43,668 nucleotides of DNA from Gemmatimonadaceae bacterium (GTDB lineage Bacteria; Gemmatimonadota; Gemmatimonadetes; Gemmatimonadales; Gemmatimonadaceae), in the NCBI GenBank assembly GCA_040902005.1, contig JBBDYA010000020.1:1-43668 (forward strand). The letters run 5' to 3'. Both the position numbers and the translations under genes were made by a program. The notes beneath the pieces were generated by a model. That model did no database searches and was not told where the DNA came from. It saw nothing but the letters and a program-made list of their open reading frames with translations. Positions 28,896 through 37,349 of this stretch are shown one piece after another (position 1 is the stretch's first letter; every line of letters starts with the position of its first letter).

Positions 28896-29023
28896 CTCAA
28901 TAACCGTTCCTGTAATGCGGGAAACGGAGCAGGCAGAGAGTCGTCGTGTATATGAAGTGCACGGTGAGCGCGGCCCTCAAGGCAGTGCTCGCCAATGGCA
29001 TTACCGTAGTCCAGGGTAGCACC

Positions 29024-30064
29024 ATGCAGAGTGTCCTCGCGCATCGGCGTCTCATCGCGCCGGGTATGTTCGCCGTGGCCGTCTTCACGCTCGCCGCTTG
29101 CGGTGACGCACTGGGCCCTGCCACGCCGACGATGTCGAATGGCGATGTCGAACCAGGACCTCCTTCGTCCACGCCCGTGACGAACGCGAACCCGATCGCG
29201 GGCGCCTCGTTCTACGTGGATCCGTCATCCAGGGCGCGCCGCACCGCCGACGACTGGCGCGCGTCCCGCCCGTCCGACGCCGCGCAGATGGACAAGATTG
29301 CCGCCCAGCCGAACGCGAAGTGGTTCGGGAACTGGAACACCGACGTCCGCGGCGACGTGGCCAGCGCGGTGGACGTCATGGCATCCGCCGGCGCAACGCC
29401 GGTCCTCGTGGCGTACAACATCCCGCTACGGGACTGCGGTTCCTACTCGGCCGGCGGCGCCGCCAACCCGGAGGGATATCGCAAGTGGATCAGCGACTTC
29501 GCCGCCGGCATCGGCGTCCGCAAAGCGGTGGTGGTCCTCGAGCCGGACGCGCTCGGCGGCATGGACTGCCTGTCGGCCACGCATCAGTCCACGCGCACGG
29601 AGCTGCTCCGGTACGCGGTGGACGCCTTTCGCGCGGGCGGCGCCACGTCGGTCTATATCGACGCGGGCAACTCGCGCTGGCATTCCCCCGCCACGATCGC
29701 CGCGCGCCTGATGGCGGCGGGCATCGAACACGCCGCCGGCTTCTCGCTGAACGTGTCGAACTTCTTCACCACGGCGGAGGAGTCTGCCTACGGCGACGCG
29801 ATCTCCGCCCTGGTCGGCGGCAAGCACTACCTGATCGACACCAGCCGCAATGGGAACGGCCCCACGGCGAACGCCCAATGGTGCAATCCGGACGGGCGCG
29901 CCCTTGGCGAGCGCCCCACCACGGCCACCGGCAACCCGCTGGTGGACGCGTATCTGTGGATCAAGGTGCCGGGCGAATCCGACGGCAGTTGCAACGGCTA
30001 TCCCAACGCGGGCGTCTGGGTGCCGGAGTACGCGCTGGGCCTCGCGCAGCGCGCGACGTACTGA
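29024..30064 (+). CDS. Glycoside hydrolase family 6 glucanase (Cel6-like), lipoprotein
   Basis: YNIPLRDC, VLEPDAL, YIDAGN, LNVSNF, IDTSRNG, WCNP.G, LWIKVPGESDG; LAAC lipobox. Confidence 0.92.
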   Translation: MQSVLAHRRLIAPGMFAVAVFTLAACGDALGPATPTMSNGDVEPGPPSSTPVTNANPIAGASFYVDPSSRARRTADDWRASRPSDAAQMDKIAAQPNAKWFGNWNTDVRGDVASAVDVMASAGATPVLVAYNIPLRDCGSYSAGGAANPEGYRKWISDFAAGIGVRKAVVVLEPDALGGMDCLSATHQSTRTELLRYAVDAFRAGGATSVYIDAGNSRWHSPATIAARLMAAGIEHAAGFSLNVSNFFTTAEESAYGDAISALVGGKHYLIDTSRNGNGPTANAQWCNPDGRALGERPTTATGNPLVDAYLWIKVPGESDGSCNGYPNAGVWVPEYALGLAQRATY

Positions 30065-30097
30065 TGTGAGTCCTCGGCCGGGGGACGCCTTCGCAGC

Positions 30098-30826
30098 CTA
30101 CAAGCGCGAGCGAAGGAATTCAGGCGTGTAGGGCTGCAGATACTGCGTGAGCAGCCGCATCATGTCGGTCACCATCAGGATCCCGGTGAGGATCAGCAGC
30201 ACGCCCGCGATCCGTGTGGCCCACAGCATGACCCTCCGGTACTTCACGAACAGGTGCATGAAGCGGTCGATCATCAGAGCCGCGAGCACGAACGGCACTG
30301 CGAGTCCCAGCGAGTACGACAGCAGCAGCACCAGTCCGCGATTCAGGTCCGCGGAGCTTGCGGTAAAGGTGAGCACCGCGCCGAGTATGGGCCCGATGCA
30401 CGGGGTCCATCCCGCCGCGAAGGCCATGCCCACGAACACCGTGCCCAGGTATCCCAAGGGCTTGTTGGCCACGTGCAGCCGCCGCTCGCGCGCGAAGAAC
30501 CCCAGGTTGAACACCCCGAGCAGGTACAGCCCCAGCACGATCACGATCACGCCACCGATGCGTCCCACCCAGTCGCGGTTGTATCCCATCAGGCGGCCGA
30601 GCGTGGTGGCGGTGGCGCCGAGCGCGAGAAAGATCAGCGTGAAACCGGCGACGAACAGCAGCGAGTGCACCAGCGCGATCCGCCGCGAACGCTGCACGTC
30701 CTCCAGCGACAGTCCGGTGATGAAGGTGACGTAGCTGGGGATCAGCGGCAGCACGCACGGCGACAGAAAGCTCAGGAGGCCCGCGCCGAAGCTGATCGCG
30801 ATACCTACGGTGGCGGAATCGTCCAT
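30098..30826 (-). CDS. ccdA: CcdA / DsbD-like membrane electron transfer protein
   Basis: AGLLSFLSPCVLPLIP and FAAGWTPCIGPILG; six TM segments; start revised to ATG 30826. Confidence 0.93.
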   Translation of the reverse strand: MDDSATVGIAISFGAGLLSFLSPCVLPLIPSYVTFITGLSLEDVQRSRRIALVHSLLFVAGFTLIFLALGATATTLGRLMGYNRDWVGRIGGVIVIVLGLYLLGVFNLGFFARERRLHVANKPLGYLGTVFVGMAFAAGWTPCIGPILGAVLTFTASSADLNRGLVLLLSYSLGLAVPFVLAALMIDRFMHLFVKYRRVMLWATRIAGVLLILTGILMVTDMMRLLTQYLQPYTPEFLRSRL

Positions 30827-30827
30827 G

Positions 30828-31337
30828 CTACTCCCCGAGCGCGCGTTCGATCGCGGCGGTGAGCGCCGTGTCCCCCGCCTTGACCGGCCCGGTCTTGCGC
30901 CACAGGAGCACGCCGTCCCTGTCAATGAGGAACGTGGTGGGAACGCCCACCAGCAGGTATCGCGTGGAGATGCGATCGTCCGGATCGAGCCACACCGGAT
31001 AGTTCATCGCGAACTCCGTCATGAACGCGCGAACGTTGTCCTCCGCGCCGCCGGCATCCACGCTCACCCCCACCACCTCGAAGCCGCGCGGGTTGTACTT
31101 CGCGTGCAGGTCGCGCAGCTCGGGGATCTCGTCGCGACAGGGATGGCACCAGGTGGCCCAGACGTTCAGCAGCACCACCGTGCCGCGCAGTCCGTCCAAC
31201 GACACGGAATCGCCCGACATCGCCACGGCGCTGTAGGCCGGTGCCGCGCGGCCCACCTCCACCCGGGCGGACCCGCCGTCCCCGGACCGGCAGCCGGCGG
31301 CCACCGTGGCCGCAACCAACACCAGCCCGCGGATCAC
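30828..31337 (-). CDS. TlpA/ResA-like thiol-disulfide oxidoreductase, lipoprotein
   Basis: LLNVWATWCHPCRDEIP, GVPTTFLIDRDG; AAGC lipobox; GTG start overlaps the upstream TGA (GTGA). Confidence 0.9.
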   Translation of the reverse strand: MIRGLVLVAATVAAGCRSGDGGSARVEVGRAAPAYSAVAMSGDSVSLDGLRGTVVLLNVWATWCHPCRDEIPELRDLHAKYNPRGFEVVGVSVDAGGAEDNVRAFMTEFAMNYPVWLDPDDRISTRYLLVGVPTTFLIDRDGVLLWRKTGPVKAGDTALTAAIERALGE

Positions 31338-32533
31338 TTCAGCGTCGAGATCGGGAAGCGCGCGAGCTTCACGGCAGAGGGGCGCCCGGGCTGCGTCCAC
31401 GCGAACATCACGGCGTCGCTGGTGAGGGCCATGCGCGGAAACCCGCTCGCGCGCGCCGCGGACGACGACGCGATGGTCATCGGCGCCCCGGCCTTCCCGT
31501 TCGGCATCACGCGGCGCGCCTGCACCGCCGCCGTATCGCCGCCCACCCGCTCGATCCAGCTCACCAGTGCAGATCCGTCCGGGAGCAGCACCAGGTCTAC
31601 GCGCCCGGCCGGCGCGCCGCCGTCCAGCCGCACCGGCGGGCCGAACGTGGCGCCCGCGTCGGACGAGAACGCGACCTTGACCTGCGCGCTGCTGTTCGCC
31701 GCGGTGAACCACGCGACCGCGATGTCGCGCGCGCGCGCGTCCACCGCCGGCCCGTTCACCGGGCACGCGTTGATCTGCCAGTTGTCGGCGTGCACGGCGC
31801 GGGGCGCGGTCCACTCGCCGCCCACGCGACGCACCACGGAGATGTCGCGAATCTCGTCCGGCGACCGGTCGCGATACGCCACGATGGGGCCCTCCGCGGT
31901 CATCGCGGCGGACGTCTGACAGCAGTCGCACGCGCGCGCGTCGAGCGGCACCTCCGCGCCGCGGCGGCCGCCGCGCCCGATCGTTGTGGACAGCACCATC
32001 ATCTCGTTGCTCGCGTGATGTCCTTCCTTGTCGTATCTGCGGCCGTCCAGCCAGGCAACGCCCAGGTCGTTCCCCTCGCGCCAGAGCGTGACGAACCCGT
32101 GCTCGGTGTTGGACGTATCGGTGTGCGGCCTCATCGGCTCGCTCCACGTGGCACCGCCGTCGCCGGAGAACGCGATCTTCACGTGGTATGCGTAGGTCCC
32201 CGTCCCCGAACGCTGGAGCCAGTGCGCCGCCAGGCGGTTGTCCCCCAGGACTTCCAGCGACGGAAAGTCCGCCCAGTTCACGAAGAAGTCCCGCCCGGAG
32301 CGGATCGTGCGCGCGGGCGTCCACTGCTTGCCGTCATGCCGCGAGAACCGTAGCGCGTGTCCGGAGTCGATCGGCTCCAGCCAGCTGAGGTATACGTCTC
32401 CGTTGGGCGCGACCGCCAGATTGGGCTCGGCGCTTCCCGGGCCTGCCGGGCTGTCGATCGGGGCAAACGTGCGCGTGGACGCGGCGCCAATGGCCGCAAT
32501 CGCGACGAGACCCATGAGTGCAACACGACGCAT
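31334..32533 (-). CDS. BNR/Asp-box (sialidase-like) beta-propeller protein
   Basis: SGDGGATW and SSDAGATF Asp boxes; FFVNWADFPS, WLDGR, ACDCC, CPVNGP, SGFPRM; GAGGAG RBS. Confidence 0.85.
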   Translation of the reverse strand: MRRVALMGLVAIAAIGAASTRTFAPIDSPAGPGSAEPNLAVAPNGDVYLSWLEPIDSGHALRFSRHDGKQWTPARTIRSGRDFFVNWADFPSLEVLGDNRLAAHWLQRSGTGTYAYHVKIAFSGDGGATWSEPMRPHTDTSNTEHGFVTLWREGNDLGVAWLDGRRYDKEGHHASNEMMVLSTTIGRGGRRGAEVPLDARACDCCQTSAAMTAEGPIVAYRDRSPDEIRDISVVRRVGGEWTAPRAVHADNWQINACPVNGPAVDARARDIAVAWFTAANSSAQVKVAFSSDAGATFGPPVRLDGGAPAGRVDLVLLPDGSALVSWIERVGGDTAAVQARRVMPNGKAGAPMTIASSSAARASGFPRMALTSDAVMFAWTQPGRPSAVKLARFPISTLK

Positions 32534-32569
32534 GAACGCTCTCCTCAGGTGGGATCAGGCTGACGAGAT

Positions 32570-32635
32570 GCAATATATTGCCGCGCCATTGACTCCACCG
32601 GCCCTGATTTGGTACCACTCGGCGAGCCCCAGGAG
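32570..32635. promoter_or_regulatory. Divergent promoter region
   Basis: Perfect palindrome GCAATATATTGC (32570-32581); TTGACT (32589)-N18-TACCAC with upstream TG; AGGAG RBS at 32631. Confidence 0.5.
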
Positions 32636-32640
32636 TTACC

Positions 32641-33024
32641 ATGGTCGAAATGGGCACCTTTCGCATTGATGTCGAGATCGAGAATCCCGCGAATCCCGGG
32701 GAGCGGCGAGGCATGAGCGCCGTGCTGGTGGATACTGGCGCTGAACTTTCCTGGTTTCCGGCGCCTCTGCTCGAAGCCCTTGGAATTCCGCGCAGGAAAC
32801 CGCTGCGATTTCGACAGGCCGATGGCAGCGTGCTGGAGCGATGGGCGGGGCCGGCCTTCGTCTACGCGGCGGGCACTTCCACGGTGGACGAAGTTGTCTT
32901 CGGAGAGTTCACGGATCTCGTCCTGCTTGGCGCCCGGTCTCTCGAGGGCCTGAATCTTCGCGTGGACCCCGTGAGTAAACGCCTGATTGACGCCGGACCC
33001 CTCCCGGCTGCTTCAGCCGCCTGA
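32641..33024 (+). CDS. Clan AA (retropepsin-like) single-domain aspartic protease
   Basis: LVDTGAE motif, F..ADG, LLGARSLEGLNL.VDP; good RBS. Confidence 0.85.
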   Translation: MVEMGTFRIDVEIENPANPGERRGMSAVLVDTGAELSWFPAPLLEALGIPRRKPLRFRQADGSVLERWAGPAFVYAAGTSTVDEVVFGEFTDLVLLGARSLEGLNLRVDPVSKRLIDAGPLPAASAA

Positions 33025-33105
33025 CAGGTTGGCCCCTTTCCGGTACACCAGGGTATGACGTTGGGACCGCACCAACAGTCGATTGAGCGGACTCACGGAG
33101 GAACC

Positions 33106-33555
33106 ATGACCCGACGCAGCCGGATTTTCCCGATCGCCGCAGCCATCCTGCTGTCGGCGTGCAATGCGGTGGGGTCAGCGGACCAGATGGACGACGCCAT
33201 GCGGCGCGATCTTGAAGCGGTGCAGGCCGGAACGATCGAGCTCGCGCCCTCGGGCGACGGTTCGAAGGTGGTGTCCGCGATCGAGCAGACGACGACGGCG
33301 CAGCCGCGTCCGACCGCGCCGCGTCCCAAGGCGCCGCCGGTCTCGAGCCAGGTGGCGCAGTCCCCCGATCTCGAGCCGACCCCCGAGCCCCAGGTGGCCC
33401 AGGAGGCGCCGACCAGTAACGAGCCGACGGCCACGCGCCCGACCAATACGCCGCGCGTGAGTCCGCCGCCGCCGGGCGGGTACAAGACCGTGGGCGAAGT
33501 CATTCGGAACGCGCCCTTCCCGATCAAGCCGGCCACGACGCCGAAGCCGCGCTAG
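33106..33555 (+). CDS. Pro/Thr-rich hypothetical lipoprotein
   Basis: GGAGG RBS; LLSAC lipobox; low-complexity middle region; C-terminal GGYKTVGEVIRNAPFPIKP. Confidence 0.72.
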   Translation: MTRRSRIFPIAAAILLSACNAVGSADQMDDAMRRDLEAVQAGTIELAPSGDGSKVVSAIEQTTTAQPRPTAPRPKAPPVSSQVAQSPDLEPTPEPQVAQEAPTSNEPTATRPTNTPRVSPPPPGGYKTVGEVIRNAPFPIKPATTPKPR

Positions 33556-33587
33556 GCAGTTCCGGACGCATCCCCCAGATTTGGGGG

Positions 33588-34679
33588 ATGCGACTGACTC
33601 TTCTCGTGATTGCGGCGCTCGCCTGCGCCTGCACGCCCCCGCGCACCAGCGCCGCGCCCGCCTCAGCAAGCGACTTGCTCGAGCGCGCCCGCGAGCTCCA
33701 CCGGAGCATGATCACGGTGGACACGCACGACGACATCCCGCTGAACTTCGCCACGCCGGAGGTGGACCCGCTGAACGCGGATCGCCAGGTGAACCTGGAG
33801 AAGATGCGCGCGGGGGGCCTCGACGCCGGATTCTTCATCGTGTATGTCGGCCAGACGCCACGCACCGCGGAGAACTACGAGCAGGCGCGGGCGGACGCGA
33901 TGCGGAAGTTCGCCGCGATCCATCGCATGGCAGACACGCTGTACCCCCACCTGATCGAGCTGGCCTACTCCCCCGCCGACGTGCGCCGTATCAACCGGAG
34001 CGGCAAGCTGGTGGCCGCGATCGGCATCGAGAACGGCTACGTCATCGGCAGGGACCTCTCGCTCATCGCGCCATACTTCGCGCTCGGCGCCCGCTACATG
34101 ACGCTCGCGCACGGCCGCAACAACGACATCTGCGACTCGTCCACGGATCCGGCGCCGGAGCACAACGGGCTGAGTGCCTTCGGGCGCGACGCGGTGCGGG
34201 AGATGAACCGCGTGGGCATGATGGTGGACATCTCGCACGTGTCGAAGCAGTGCATGCTCCAGGCGACCGCGCTCTCCACGTCACCGGTCATCGCGTCGCA
34301 CTCGAGCACCAAGGCGCTGGCTGACGTGCCGCGCAACATGGACGACGAGCAGCTACGCGCCGTGGCGGCCAACGGCGGCGTCGCGCACATGGTGGCGCTG
34401 GTCAGATTCGTGAAGACCACTCCCCCGCGCGCGACCGTGGCGGATTTCGTGGACCACATCGACCACGCGGTGCGCGTGGCCGGGATCAATCACGTGGGCA
34501 TCAGCTCAGACTTCGACGGCGGTGGCGGCGTAGTGGGGTGGGAGGACGCCAGTCAAACGTGGAACGTGACCGTGGAGCTGCTGCGCCGTGGCTACTCCGA
34601 CGATGAGATCCGGAAGCTGTGGGGAGAGAACCTGCTGCGTGTATGGGAGGAGAACCGGCGCCGCGCTACAGCTCGATGA
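33588..34679 (+). CDS. M19 family (renal/membrane) dipeptidase, lipoprotein
   Basis: DTHDD, GIENG, YMTLAH, MVDISH, ASHS, RN, HIDH....GINHVGISSDFDGGG, GENLLRV. Confidence 0.93.
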   Translation: MRLTLLVIAALACACTPPRTSAAPASASDLLERARELHRSMITVDTHDDIPLNFATPEVDPLNADRQVNLEKMRAGGLDAGFFIVYVGQTPRTAENYEQARADAMRKFAAIHRMADTLYPHLIELAYSPADVRRINRSGKLVAAIGIENGYVIGRDLSLIAPYFALGARYMTLAHGRNNDICDSSTDPAPEHNGLSAFGRDAVREMNRVGMMVDISHVSKQCMLQATALSTSPVIASHSSTKALADVPRNMDDEQLRAVAANGGVAHMVALVRFVKTTPPRATVADFVDHIDHAVRVAGINHVGISSDFDGGGGVVGWEDASQTWNVTVELLRRGYSDDEIRKLWGENLLRVWEENRRRATAR

Positions 34680-35250
34680 TGTCGAGCAGGGCTGGCGCCA
34701 CCCACGGGATTGCCACGAACACCACTGCGGTGCCGAATCCCACCAGCCACGGCTTCTTGCTGTCCAGCGGCGGGTACGCCGTGGACGACTGAAAGGCGAA
34801 TACCGCCATCGGAATGTGCGCGATCGCCACCACGAAGGGCGCCCACACCGCGCCGATGCTGAACGGACGGTGCATCACGACGACCACCAGCAGGTAGGCG
34901 GCTTCCATCACGCCGATCCCCAGGGCCATGCCAAACCCGAAGCGATCCCGCGTCTTGCCGGCAAGCCACATCAGCACCAGCAGGTAGGACAGCATTACCA
35001 GGCCGATGTACGGCACGTGCACGATCAGGTTGGGCGCGCTTTGCAGCAGCGTCACAAACTGGAACTCGAACAGCAGCCGGGCGAGCAGCGCGAGCCCCAG
35101 CGCGGCGCTCACGCGCCGGCGATGGTCCTCCACCGCGGCGAGCATCTGCTTGAACTTGGAGGGCTCGTGCGGATCCGTTTCCTTGATCGCGGGCATCGCC
35201 GGCGGCGTGGCGGAGAGCTGCGCGTCAGCGGCATCCTTCTGATGTTCCAT
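34666..35250 (-). CDS. Hypothetical membrane protein (about 5 TM)
   Basis: Several hydrophobic helices; fits the intergenic space. Confidence 0.7.
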   Translation of the reverse strand: MEHQKDAADAQLSATPPAMPAIKETDPHEPSKFKQMLAAVEDHRRRVSAALGLALLARLLFEFQFVTLLQSAPNLIVHVPYIGLVMLSYLLVLMWLAGKTRDRFGFGMALGIGVMEAAYLLVVVVMHRPFSIGAVWAPFVVAIAHIPMAVFAFQSSTAYPPLDSKKPWLVGFGTAVVFVAIPWVAPALLDIIEL

Positions 35251-35347
35251 GAGTGCTCAGGAGAGGAAAGGAACCAGCGATTGCTTTATAGGGACTGCGC
35301 GAAGCCGCTACCGCAACGGCCCAGGGACGCTGCCAGGCGGGCTCGCC

Positions 35348-36628
35348 TCAGAACCCGCCATTGAAACGCGGATTCACCACGTTGTTGTAGATCGACCCGA
35401 ACGTGTAGCTCAGCCCCGCTCCCCCAAAGAAGCGATAGTGGGTGGCGCGCTGGAACTGCCGCGTCAGGATCTCCTCCGGGGTGAAGTCCTTCTTGGCCAG
35501 GGCGAACTGATCGCGGATGACCGTGTAGCTCCCGAAGAGATTGAAGTTGAAGCCCTTGAACAGGCTCAGAGACAGCTCCGAGTACGAACCCAGCCGGTAC
35601 ATCTCCCGATCGTTGAGGTAGCCGATCCCCTGCACCTCCACATCCACGGATCCCCACGGCTGGCGCGCCGCGGCCGCAAGGCGAAGCCGGTGCATCGGCA
35701 TGCCTTCGCTCACCTTGTTGTTGATGGTCGTGTCGTGATAGGCAAAGCTCGAGTAGCCGATGTTGTACTCCAGGCGCAGTTGCCGCCGCGTGGACTCGCT
35801 GTACGGAAACAGGTTGTACTCCACGGCCGGGAACAGGCCCACCACGCGCTTGAAGTTGTCGTAGGTGGACGAGTTCAGGTCCGCGCGCATGCCGGCCGAC
35901 CAGCGCGCTCCCAACGATTTCACCTGCAATGCGGACGCGCCATGGCTCCGCTGGATCACGACGATCTTCGTCGTGTCGTCGAGATCGAACTTGCTGTCGT
36001 CGTACGACTGGTAACCCGAGAGCTGCGTCTTCCATTGCTCGGTGATGCGATTCGCGCTCAGGTTGCCGCGCAGGTTGGTGAAGGTGGACGTGGCTTCCCC
36101 CTGGGCAAACGCGTTGGCGCCAATCCGGAACACCCACGCGTTCCACCGATCATTCTGCGGGCGCGATTGCTGTGACTCCCCCGCCGGCTTGCTCATGTCG
36201 ATCGTGAGCCGGCCAGCCGCTGGCGTGCGCGCGAGATATCGCACCAGCCCAAGGCGGAAGGCGTCAGCCAGCGCGCGTCGCACGGCGTCGGCGGTGGACG
36301 CTGGCGGCACCGCCTGGCGCAGCGTGTCCACCATGCCCGCAAACCGGCGCAGGCCGATGAAGGCGATCGTGAACTCGGTCCCGCCCGCGCCGGTGGACTG
36401 GCTGGTGACCAGCAGGTGCACGTCCGCCTCCTGCCGGTCGCGCACCCAGTTCACCAGCGCGATCTCGGTGCGCAGGTAGTCGAAGTCGCACCCGTGGGTC
36501 TGACAGTCCAGGAAAACGCTCAGTGGCGCATCGGACGCCGGCGCCGGATCCTGGCTGCGGACCACGCCCACCGGCACAAGCAGCACGGCCAGGAACGCGA
36601 GTGAACGCAACGTCGCGAAACGAATCAT
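35348..36628 (-). CDS. Hypothetical exported protein, probable outer-membrane beta-barrel with periplasmic N-domain
   Basis: Signal peptide; N-domain VFLDC....CDFDYLRTEI; alternating aromatic beta-strand pattern in the C-terminal two thirds; ends in F. Confidence 0.7.
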   Translation of the reverse strand: MIRFATLRSLAFLAVLLVPVGVVRSQDPAPASDAPLSVFLDCQTHGCDFDYLRTEIALVNWVRDRQEADVHLLVTSQSTGAGGTEFTIAFIGLRRFAGMVDTLRQAVPPASTADAVRRALADAFRLGLVRYLARTPAAGRLTIDMSKPAGESQQSRPQNDRWNAWVFRIGANAFAQGEATSTFTNLRGNLSANRITEQWKTQLSGYQSYDDSKFDLDDTTKIVVIQRSHGASALQVKSLGARWSAGMRADLNSSTYDNFKRVVGLFPAVEYNLFPYSESTRRQLRLEYNIGYSSFAYHDTTINNKVSEGMPMHRLRLAAAARQPWGSVDVEVQGIGYLNDREMYRLGSYSELSLSLFKGFNFNLFGSYTVIRDQFALAKKDFTPEEILTRQFQRATHYRFFGGAGLSYTFGSIYNNVVNPRFNGGF

Positions 36629-36680
36629 TGGTATGCAGCAATATGCGCGTGCCAGCGACCCAACGCGATAGCGGAGACTC

Positions 36681-37349
36681 CTATCGGAACACGGCGCCGC
36701 CGGCGCGATCGTCGTGAACGAAGCGACCCCGGGCCGGCATGCGAACGGCCGCCAGGGACCGGGCGTCCAGCACCGTCTCCTTGCCGATCACGCCGTTCTC
36801 GGCCAGCAGATACGCCACGACCGCGTACACCTCCGCCGCCGTCAGACTGCCCGGCGCCACGAAGGGCATGGCGCGATTGACGTAGTCGTAGAGCGTCGTC
36901 GCATACGGCCAGTAGTTGCCCAGTGTCTTCGTGAGCTTCGGATCGTTCGCGAACGCGAAGTCGCCCGAGCCGGCGCCAACCAGCGGGGGATTCGGCGCGA
37001 CCCCTTCCCCGGCGGCGCCATGGCACACGGCGCAGTGCTGCGCGTACACGCGCGCTCCCTGCGCGTGGGTGCCGCGTCCGGGCGGCAACCCCACCCCGGC
37101 CGGGTTGACGTCGATGTCCCACGCCCGGACCTCCTCCGTCCGTGCCACCCGGCCGATGCCCGCGAACGACCGTGGCAGTTCCGTGGGCGGGTCCACGTCC
37201 GCAGGGCGGCCCACCCCACCCTGCTGCGCTTGGCCTGCGCCGGCTGGCGACCCCCCTCCCTGGTCCTGCGCGTCCCGCAGCTCGCAGGCCGCGACCAGCA
37301 GCGCGGCGGCCAGCGGGGCGAGTAAGGACAGCGCCGCGCGTCGCCTCAC
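36681..37349 (-). CDS. Monoheme cytochrome c, SoxD-like, lipoprotein
   Basis: WDIDV...G.GLPPG.GT, CAVCH, GNYWPYATTLYDYVNRAMP; LVAAC lipobox; GTG start overlaps the upstream stop. Confidence 0.85.
   Translation of the reverse strand: MRRRAALSLLAPLAAALLVAACELRDAQDQGGGSPAGAGQAQQGGVGRPADVDPPTELPRSFAGIGRVARTEEVRAWDIDVNPAGVGLPPGRGTHAQGARVYAQHCAVCHGAAGEGVAPNPPLVGAGSGDFAFANDPKLTKTLGNYWPYATTLYDYVNRAMPFVAPGSLTAAEVYAVVAYLLAENGVIGKETVLDARSLAAVRMPARGRFVHDDRAGGAVFR

Noticed and set aside
26190..28955. 921-aa plus-strand ORF
   Set aside because: Antisense shadow of the PLD-like gene; no recognisable domain.
31338..32324. Long open frame upstream of tlpA suggesting a frameshift fusion with the propeller gene
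   Set aside because: The alternative frame is R/A/G-rich nonsense; TlpA has its own GTG start and lipoprotein signal at the overlap.
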